Sequence record: DRR378314_854
Strand: one strand, 5' to 3'
DNA length: 32,862 nt
In this document: positions 25,830 through 32,862 of the stretch, one piece after another
Position numbering within the stretch: position 1 is the stretch's first letter
How the letters are laid out: every line of letters starts with the position of its first letter
Translations under genes and position numbers: made by a program
The notes under the pieces: generated by a model
Database searches by the model: none
The model's input: only the letters and a program-made list of their open reading frames with translations
Told to the model about the DNA's origin: nothing

Positions 25830-28800
25830 CAGGCGCGCATAAAACAGGCTCGACAGCAGCACACCCAACAGCAGGATCACTGTCGCGCCAGCCGCGAAGA
25901 CGCCAAAACCCATCTGCAACACGCTTGGACCGTCAGCAGCTGGATAGAGTCCTGAAAGCAGCGGCAACGGCGCGCCAGTTACCGCAGGCCAGATCATCGA
26001 CGCCCCCAGCCAGGCCGCAAGCGTTGCGCCTGTTGCGCGAACGGCTGTGCGCACTGCGCGCTCTTGCGCGCGCAAGGCGCGCCGCATCGATACCATCGGG
26101 CGCGAAATGTCGTTCAGGATGGCCAGCAGCGCAGGCACCAGCAACAAGATCAGCACCATCCCAAAACCCAGCCCGTAGACCAGAGTGATCACCGTTGGTT
26201 TCAGGAACTGTGCTTGCTGCGAGCTTTCGTACATCAACGGCGTCAACCCCAGGACCGTGGTCAGCGTAGTCAACATCACAGGTCGCAACCGGTCTGCCGT
26301 GCCTTCAACAATTGACGGCACCAGCCCACGTTCCTGTTGATATCCATCGATCGTAGTCACCAACACGATCGAGTCGTTGATGATGATCCCGGTCATTCCC
26401 AACAAGCCAACGACAGTGAACATACTCAGCGGTACCCCCCACAGGTAATGGCCCCAGATCGCGCCCACGAGGCCAAAGGGAATGATCGCCATAACAACCA
26501 AAGGCCGCGTCCAACTGGCAAAAACCCATGCCAGAACCAGATAAATCCCCGTCAGACACAGGATCAGCCCGGTCCGCGCTTCTGTGAGGAACTCGTCCTC
26601 TTGCTCACTCAGGCCTGACATACGCCATTCGACCTGACGTTCAGCGGCAATGTTAGGCAGAATTTCTTCGCGCATGGCGCGTGCGATCTCGGCGGCCTGT
26701 ACCGGGTCGTCTTCGGAAATATCGCCATTCACCGAAATCACCCGCAGGCCGTTCTCACGCCGGACGGTCGAGAAGCCCGACTTACGCTCGACCGACACGA
26801 TATCGGCCAGCGGCACATAGATGCCATCAGGCGTCCGCAGCAGCGTGCGTTCCAGAAAATCGGCGGTCAGTTCGCCTTCGGGCAGTTCAACCCTGATCTC
26901 GGTGCTGCGTGGACCATCTGGGAAGGTCGCCGCCTCGATCCCGTTCAGACGGTTTCGCAGCACACGACCCAGCGTTTCGATGCGGAAGCCCAGCGCCTGG
27001 CCCTGCGCGGTCAAGTCCAGAATGAACTCTTCCTTATCATAGGCCAAATTGTCTTCAAGCGCTGAGACCTCGGAGTATTTCGAAAGCGCCAGCTGCAAAT
27101 CTTCCGACGAGGATTTCAACGTGTTCACATCCGCGCCATAGAACTCGACGTCGATCGCATCGCCACCGGGACCAGAGCGCCAACCGCGGAAGCTGAGCAA
27201 CTCGACCTTTGGATGACGCGGCACGAAATCCTGCAGTTCACCCACAAACTCAAAGCTGGAATAGGGACGCAGATCGGCGTCGATCAGTTCAATCGAGATA
27301 CCGCCCAGCAGATCGTGATCCTTCCCATCTGCCGCCCGCAGTCCCCACCCAGCCGATCCGCCGATTTCGGCCAGAACATATTCTATGGGATTACGTCCAT
27401 GACGCTCTTCGTAGATCTGGCCCAGTTCGTCGGTGGCCTGCTGGACCATGTGCATCATTTCCAGCGTCTCAGCGCGCGTCGCACCCTCGACCATGATGAA
27501 ATTGCCCGTGACCGAGCCGCGTTCCGGCGCATTGAAGAATCGCCAGTTTACGTCACCCCGGATAAACAGCGCGACCTGGCTGGCTAGTATGACCACCATC
27601 AGCGCAACCACCACGTAGCGCGCCCAGACCACCCATGCGACCAACGGGCGGAACAGGTGATCCCGCACCCAGCGGAAACCCTTATTCACAACGCGGTTGG
27701 GCCAGTCGTACCAATGTTCCTTGGCCGAATGCGCGATGGCATGGGCCATGTGGTTCGGCAGGATCAGGAAGCATTCAATCAAAGAGGCGATTAGAACGGC
27801 GATGACGGTGAACGGGATATCGCGGATCAGCTCTCCAAACCGGCCACCGATGGCAGTCAGGCCAAAGAAGGCAATGACCGTGGTAACAGTTGCCGCAAAC
27901 ACCGGCATCGCCATGCGGCGAGCGGCGCGCTCGGCGGCGACCATTGGGGCCTCACCCAGACGGCGGGCGCGGAAATCCGCATGTTCGCCCACCACGATGG
28001 CATCATCTACCACGATCCCCAACGTAATGATGAGACCAAACAGAGACACCATGTTCAGTGACAACCCGCCCAGATACATCAGTGCGATCGCCGCCGACAT
28101 CGCCACCGGGATACCAGCGGCCACCCAAAAGGCGATCCGGGCATTGAGGAAGAGAAAGAGCAAACAAACCACTAGGCCGAGGCCCACCAGGCCGTTGTCC
28201 ACCAGAATATCCAGACGGTCAGTGATGGCTTGCGCGCGTGTGCGGATCAGCTCAACCGTGATGCCTTCGGGCAGGCTTGCCTGCATTGCGGTCACCACAT
28301 CTTCGACATCGCGCTGAATTCCGATGGCATCACCGAGGTTCGACCGGTCAACGCGGATCGACATCGCCGGGTTTTCGCCCACGAAATAGCTGCGGTTGCG
28401 TGTGACCCCCTCAACCCGGATCTGCGCCACATCACCCACAACCAGTTTTGAACCATCGCCAAAGTTGCGAAGGGCAATTCCTTCGATCTCTTCGGGGGTG
28501 CGTTTTTCGACGCCTGTTCGAATGCGCGCATTGGCACCCGAGACATCGCCTGCAGGGTTAGCGGTGACCTCGGCCGCGATGGCCGCTGCAATATCCGAGA
28601 GCGATATATCATTTGCGATTAGCTGCGCGGTGGGCACCTCGACCACCACGCGCGGTGCGGCCAGACCCCGGATCGTGGTGCGCGTGACGCCCGCCGCAAA
28701 CAGGCGACTGATCAGCTCATCGGTAAACTTTGCCAATTGCTCGGCCTCGATGGGGCCGGTGATGACCACATCCGTCACGCGATCGCGCCAGGCGCCGCGC

Positions 28801-29210
28801 CGAATTGTCGGTTCTTCGGCGTCTTCGGGCAGGTTGGTGACGCTGTCGACGGCGGTCCGAACCTCCTCGACCGCGCGGGACATGTCCCAGTTAGGCTCGA
28901 ACTCCAACCGGACCTGCGCCGAACCTTCGCGCGAGGTCGATTCGGTGCTGGCCACGCCTTCGACGGCCAAGAGCGCCGGTTCAAGCAACTGGATAATACC
29001 GTTGTCGACATCCTCAGGGCCTGCGCCGGCCCATTCGACATTCACATCGACACGTTCAAGGATCACGTCAGGAAAGAACTGCGCCCGCATGTTGGGGATC
29101 GCCGCAACGCCCAGCACCAGCATGACCAGCAGCAACAGATTGGCCGCTGTCCGATGTCTGGTGAAATAGCTCAGGATACCGCCTGCCGCGTTGGGAATGT
29201 CGCGGATCAT
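25809..29210 (-). CDS. RND efflux permease (AcrB/AcrD/AcrF-like)
   Basis: 1133 aa; TM4 GIVVDDAIVVGE, INDSIVL, RLRPVMLTTLTT. Confidence 0.95.
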   Translation of the reverse strand: MIRDIPNAAGGILSYFTRHRTAANLLLLVMLVLGVAAIPNMRAQFFPDVILERVDVNVEWAGAGPEDVDNGIIQLLEPALLAVEGVASTESTSREGSAQVRLEFEPNWDMSRAVEEVRTAVDSVTNLPEDAEEPTIRRGAWRDRVTDVVITGPIEAEQLAKFTDELISRLFAAGVTRTTIRGLAAPRVVVEVPTAQLIANDISLSDIAAAIAAEVTANPAGDVSGANARIRTGVEKRTPEEIEGIALRNFGDGSKLVVGDVAQIRVEGVTRNRSYFVGENPAMSIRVDRSNLGDAIGIQRDVEDVVTAMQASLPEGITVELIRTRAQAITDRLDILVDNGLVGLGLVVCLLFLFLNARIAFWVAAGIPVAMSAAIALMYLGGLSLNMVSLFGLIITLGIVVDDAIVVGEHADFRARRLGEAPMVAAERAARRMAMPVFAATVTTVIAFFGLTAIGGRFGELIRDIPFTVIAVLIASLIECFLILPNHMAHAIAHSAKEHWYDWPNRVVNKGFRWVRDHLFRPLVAWVVWARYVVVALMVVILASQVALFIRGDVNWRFFNAPERGSVTGNFIMVEGATRAETLEMMHMVQQATDELGQIYEERHGRNPIEYVLAEIGGSAGWGLRAADGKDHDLLGGISIELIDADLRPYSSFEFVGELQDFVPRHPKVELLSFRGWRSGPGGDAIDVEFYGADVNTLKSSSEDLQLALSKYSEVSALEDNLAYDKEEFILDLTAQGQALGFRIETLGRVLRNRLNGIEAATFPDGPRSTEIRVELPEGELTADFLERTLLRTPDGIYVPLADIVSVERKSGFSTVRRENGLRVISVNGDISEDDPVQAAEIARAMREEILPNIAAERQVEWRMSGLSEQEDEFLTEARTGLILCLTGIYLVLAWVFASWTRPLVVMAIIPFGLVGAIWGHYLWGVPLSMFTVVGLLGMTGIIINDSIVLVTTIDGYQQERGLVPSIVEGTADRLRPVMLTTLTTVLGLTPLMYESSQQAQFLKPTVITLVYGLGFGMVLILLLVPALLAILNDISRPMVSMRRALRAQERAVRTAVRATGATLAAWLGASMIWPAVTGAPLPLLSGLYPAADGPSVLQMGFGVFAAGATVILLLGVLLSSLFYARLSGRAKA

Positions 29211-29215
29211 AGCGC

Positions 29216-30673
29216 TTAGCCCCCTGCCCGGTTGTCATCAAGGCGGCGCACGAGGGCCGCGGGCACCTTTGCTTCGCTCAGTTGACCCAGAACCTGCGCC
29301 TTGTCTTTCTGCGACATCGCATTGCTGGCTTCGACTTGCGCGACAAGCTGGGCGCGCTTTTCATCCGAAAGCTCCACCATGCCCGGATCAACTTCGGCGC
29401 TGGCTTCGATCCGCAGGGGCCGTACGCGAACACCAGATCCCAGCAGAGGAGTTCGCCCGATCACGACCTCCCGGCCTTCCAGACCTTCACCGCGCAGCAG
29501 CACTTCGTCCCCCTGACGGCGGATCAGCTGTACAGCCAGAGGTTCCAGCCGATCATCCGGACCAAGCACCAATACATTGCCCGCAGCATCCAGAACCGAG
29601 GACGGCAGACGTACCACGTTATCGAGCGGCTGTTCCTCAATCGAAACTGTAACAAAATCCCCCGGCTTAAAGCCTGGCGCATCGTCGAGGCGCGCATAGA
29701 TCAAACGCCCAGTCTGCCCTTCACCCGCAGCCCCGCTGTCCCGGCTGATCCGGCCCGTGGCGCTCAGGTCCGTTCCCGTGACCTCAAGCGATACGGTGAC
29801 CGGTGCCGAAATCAAGTCGCCCTGCGCATCCAGCAGCCGCACATATTGCGCAGTCGAGACCCGGAACGCGACTTCAAGCGCGTTGGGGTCAACCAACTCG
29901 GCAAGCTTTTCGTTGGCTGCAACCAAACGCCCTTCAACCAACGTGACCTCGGTCAACGTCCCGTCGAACCCGGCATGGATCGTCATGTCTTCGAGATCAC
30001 GTTCGGCTCCCTCCAGCGCGATGCGGGCGCGGGCGAACAAAGTAGTGGCCTGATCCACACGGGATTCTGCCTGCGCCAGGGCAATTCTGCGCGCCAGCAC
30101 CGCCTGATGAGCCGATGTTGCGGCCAATTCCGCTTCCTCAGCGCTGGCAGCCGCACCAACGCCGCGCGCTTGCAGATCCTGCTGACGCTGTAGTGCCCGT
30201 TCACGCAATTCGGCCTGAGCCTCGGCTGATTTTAATTCGTCCTGCGCCAGCAGCAGCGAGCGTTCGGCATCCCGCTCTTCGAACTGCGCATCCAGCACAT
30301 CGGATTTGGCGCTGTCCAGTGCCGATTGCATATCGGCCGGGTCCAACTCGACCAGCAGTTCACCCGCTGTCACGGTGCCGCCATCCTCAAAATCTTCTGC
30401 CAAGGATACGACACGCCCACCCAAGGCCGCGCGCAGTTCCAATCGACGGCGGCTTTGGATCTGACCGAACGCTTCCAAATAAGGCGTGATGGTTTCCGGC
30501 TCGGCGGTGCGAACGCTGACTGCGAAGATCCGTTCCCGCGCCTCTGGGGCCTGTTTGTCCTTCGCCAGCACATCCTGCACCGCACCAGAAATCATCTGTG
30601 CGGCCACGATCAAAAGGCCCAGCGTCAGAAACGCCAGGAACACCCCAACAAGGCTTTGCCGCAGAAATCGCAT
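29216..30673 (-). CDS. RND periplasmic adaptor (membrane fusion protein)
   Basis: N-terminal TM anchor, lipoyl-type GRVVSL...G.LLVELD, long coiled hairpin, IHAGFDG. Confidence 0.93.
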   Translation of the reverse strand: MRFLRQSLVGVFLAFLTLGLLIVAAQMISGAVQDVLAKDKQAPEARERIFAVSVRTAEPETITPYLEAFGQIQSRRRLELRAALGGRVVSLAEDFEDGGTVTAGELLVELDPADMQSALDSAKSDVLDAQFEERDAERSLLLAQDELKSAEAQAELRERALQRQQDLQARGVGAAASAEEAELAATSAHQAVLARRIALAQAESRVDQATTLFARARIALEGAERDLEDMTIHAGFDGTLTEVTLVEGRLVAANEKLAELVDPNALEVAFRVSTAQYVRLLDAQGDLISAPVTVSLEVTGTDLSATGRISRDSGAAGEGQTGRLIYARLDDAPGFKPGDFVTVSIEEQPLDNVVRLPSSVLDAAGNVLVLGPDDRLEPLAVQLIRRQGDEVLLRGEGLEGREVVIGRTPLLGSGVRVRPLRIEASAEVDPGMVELSDEKRAQLVAQVEASNAMSQKDKAQVLGQLSEAKVPAALVRRLDDNRAGG

Positions 30674-30778
30674 CGGTTACTTACCTCGGGTCGCACATGC
30701 TGCTTTCCGCAAAGGTAGCCGGGTCGCAAAAAATGCCAAGCCACAATGCGGTTATGATGCGTTAAACGCAGAACCAGT

Positions 30779-31321
30779 CTACTTCCGTCGCAGATGTTCG
30801 TCCAATCGGGGCATTATTTCCACGAAATTGCAGGGGCGGTGGCGATAATCGAACTGTTTTTCCAGAATCGCATCCCATGCGTCCTTGCAAGCCCCCGGGC
30901 TGCCCGGCAACGCAAACAGATAGGTGCCACCTGCCACACCGCCGGTAGCGCGGGATTGAACCGCCGAGGTGCCAATCTTTTCCATCGACACGATGGTGAA
31001 CACAGTTCCAAAGGCCTCGATCTCTTTTTCATAGACATCGCGATGTGCCTCAACAGTCACATCGCGGCCCGTCAAACCGGTCCCGCCGGTCGAGATCACC
31101 ACATCGATGTCGGGGTCGGTAACCCATGTGCGCAGTTGATCGGCAATCTGGGTGCGCTCATCCTTGATGATCTTGCGATCCGCTACTGAATGTCCCGCCT
31201 TTTCAATCCGATCCACCAGTGTCTGGCCCGAGCGATCTTCGGCCAAAGAACGCGTGTCCGAGACGGTCACAACCGCAATCCGGACCGGGATGAATTCCAT
31301 GCTTTCATCAATGCGTGACAT
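30779..31321 (-). CDS. moaB: Molybdenum cofactor biosynthesis protein B
   Basis: IAVVTVSDTR, STGGTGLTGRDVT, ALPGSPGAC, PCNF. Confidence 0.95.
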   Translation of the reverse strand: MSRIDESMEFIPVRIAVVTVSDTRSLAEDRSGQTLVDRIEKAGHSVADRKIIKDERTQIADQLRTWVTDPDIDVVISTGGTGLTGRDVTVEAHRDVYEKEIEAFGTVFTIVSMEKIGTSAVQSRATGGVAGGTYLFALPGSPGACKDAWDAILEKQFDYRHRPCNFVEIMPRLDEHLRRK

Positions 31322-31327
31322 ATGGCA

Positions 31328-31948
31328 TCAGGCCCTTTCCAAGACGGCAAGCCGAATGGCCAAAGCCGCAAATATACCGCCGGTAATCCAACCCATGATA
31401 CGAGAAGCACGCGGGTTCGAGACGAGAATGCGCCCTGCTCTGCCTGCGAAGATACCGACCATCCCGTTCACCAGAATGCTGCCCGAAGCAATGATAGTGC
31501 CAAGGATCAGAAACTGCCCCAGAACCGAGCCCCGTGCGGGGTCCACGAACTGAGGGATAAAGGCCAGCACAAAAAGGATGACCTTGGGATTGGTCAGGTT
31601 CACCAGCAACCCCTCGCGGAACGCGTAATGGGCGGGCTTGGCCGGTGCATCATCCGAAACCGCCCCGTTCCGAATTGCGCCCCACGCAAGGTAAAGAAGA
31701 TAGGCAACACCCATCCATCGGATCACATCGAACAGCCACGGTATCGCCGATACCACGGCACCAAGCCCAAGCCCGGCCAGGAGGACATGGACCATCAGCC
31801 CGACCGAAACGCCGAGACTGGCCAGCAGCGCAGACCGTGTGCCGGATCGCAGACCCTGGCCGAAACAGAACATCATATCGGCCCCGGGCGTGAAATTCAG
31901 CACCATTGCCGCCGGGATAAAGGCCAGCAGAGTGACCGTCTCGATCAT
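31328..31948 (-). CDS. LysE/RhtB family translocator
   Basis: TPGADM, GVAYLLYLAW, NLTNPKVILF..FIPQF; ATG 31948 after GAGG, ATGA overlap with the upstream gene. Confidence 0.9.
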   Translation of the reverse strand: MIETVTLLAFIPAAMVLNFTPGADMMFCFGQGLRSGTRSALLASLGVSVGLMVHVLLAGLGLGAVVSAIPWLFDVIRWMGVAYLLYLAWGAIRNGAVSDDAPAKPAHYAFREGLLVNLTNPKVILFVLAFIPQFVDPARGSVLGQFLILGTIIASGSILVNGMVGIFAGRAGRILVSNPRASRIMGWITGGIFAALAIRLAVLERA

Positions 31949-32544
31949 GTTTTTACCTCGAACCAGTGCACTTTCGGGCCCAGATTTGCGACCTGTGTAC
32001 GCCCGATTGTGCCACGATATCCCCAGCTGTCGTGGATATGGCCACAAAAGACGAAATCGGGTTGTATCCGCTCAACCGCGTCACGGACTGAGGTCGAACC
32101 GACGGACACACCCTGTGATGTCACATCGCCGTATCCTTTTGGCGGGGAATGCACGATCAGAATATCTGCAGCTTCGCAGCGATCCAGCAGCTCTGCCGCT
32201 TCGGATTCGGTCAAATCACATGACCAATCGCCAAAAGGCGTCGCCGGAACACCGTAGCCAAGCCCAAACAGGCGCAGACCATCCAGTGTCATACCCGTAC
32301 CATGCAGAACATGCGTGCCATCAGGGGCGGCAGCGGTCAGTTCTTCGGCGCTTTCGGCATTGCCGGGCACAAGAACCAGCGGGGCAGCGATGCCCGACAG
32401 CATCTGCATTGCCTCATCCAGACCCTGCCGCGTATTGCAGAAATCTCCAGCGCCGATGACCAGATCGGCCTCGGTGCTGGCGGCAACCAAATCGGCTGCG
32501 CGGCTGCGTGCCATATGCAGGTCGGAAAACGCCAGAACCTTCAT
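31945..32544 (-). CDS. Calcineurin-like metallophosphoesterase
   Basis: DLH, GAGD, PGNAE, HSPP, GHIH; ATG 32544 overlapping the UDG stop (ATGA). Confidence 0.9.
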   Translation of the reverse strand: MKVLAFSDLHMARSRAADLVAASTEADLVIGAGDFCNTRQGLDEAMQMLSGIAAPLVLVPGNAESAEELTAAAPDGTHVLHGTGMTLDGLRLFGLGYGVPATPFGDWSCDLTESEAAELLDRCEAADILIVHSPPKGYGDVTSQGVSVGSTSVRDAVERIQPDFVFCGHIHDSWGYRGTIGRTQVANLGPKVHWFEVKT

Positions 32545-32862
32545 GGTCCGCCCCCCAAACGTGCTTTTAACTCCAGCAGATCGGCCCAGGCCTGCCGCTT
32601 CATCTGCGGTTGGCGCAACAGGTAGGCAGGGTGGAACATCGGAATGACCGGTAGGCTCAGCGCTTGATCCCATTGCCCGCGTAGCCGTGTTATGCCGCGT
32701 TTGCCCAGCACGGCCTGACAGCTGATATTGCCCATCACGACCAAAATCTCAGGCTTGGCCAGTGCAACGTGGCGTTCAAGAAACGGCTTCATCATGCCAA
32801 TCTCTTCCGGCTTGGGGTCGCGGTTCTGCGGAGGCCGCCAGGGCAGCACATTGGTGATATAG
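32541..32862 (-). CDS. Uracil-DNA glycosylase family 4, 3' part; truncated by window edge
   Basis: ITNVLPWRPPQNRDP, GITRLRG.W, FHPAYLLRQP..KR.AW.DL. Confidence 0.9.
   Translation of the reverse strand, partial: YITNVLPWRPPQNRDPKPEEIGMMKPFLERHVALAKPEILVVMGNISCQAVLGKRGITRLRGQWDQALSLPVIPMFHPAYLLRQPQMKRQAWADLLELKARLGGGP

Noticed and set aside
29282..32257. 303-aa (29282..30193) and 311-aa (31322..32257) plus-strand ORFs
   Set aside because: Antisense to well-supported adaptor, lysE and phosphoesterase genes
1..32862. Mobile elements, prophage, CRISPR arrays, defence systems, tRNA/rRNA
   Set aside because: No transposase, integrase or cas motifs, no regularly spaced repeats, no tRNA-like folds seen; intergenic gaps are short and composition looks uniform by eye

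Overview
Gene-dense, GC-rich chromosomal segment. Gene content and order suggest a Rhodobacteraceae/roseobacter genome, probably Ruegeria-like (inference, not searched). It holds about 39 CDS, mostly housekeeping: phbB 3' end, a GcvA-type LysR with a DMT exporter, a tRNA methyltransferase, ispB/ispE, a TPR protein, ETF-QO, soxR with a VOC gene, greA, fdhD-mobA-mobB-moeA, azlCD, an acyl-CoA dehydrogenase/MBL run, sua5, yqgE, a DsbD-N protein, NUDIX, an RND pump, moaB, lysE, a metallophosphoesterase and a family-4 UDG 3' end. I see no tRNA, rRNA, IS, integrase, phage gene or CRISPR array. Two probable small genes are missing from the ORF track: a 36-aa ORF at 488-598 and aa3 oxidase subunit IV at 16948-17082. 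The best leads are: (i) a secreted PLA2-like protein overlapping a membrane-anchored glycerophosphodiesterase, near a permuted-papain-like lipoprotein, a candidate phospholipid-scavenging or remodelling module; (ii) a 330-aa membrane protein after greA resembling a miniature TipN/GPR(RgsE)-type polarity protein; (iii) an RND pump with extra C-terminal segments on both subunits. All family calls come from motif recognition by eye and recalled knowledge; no database search was run.
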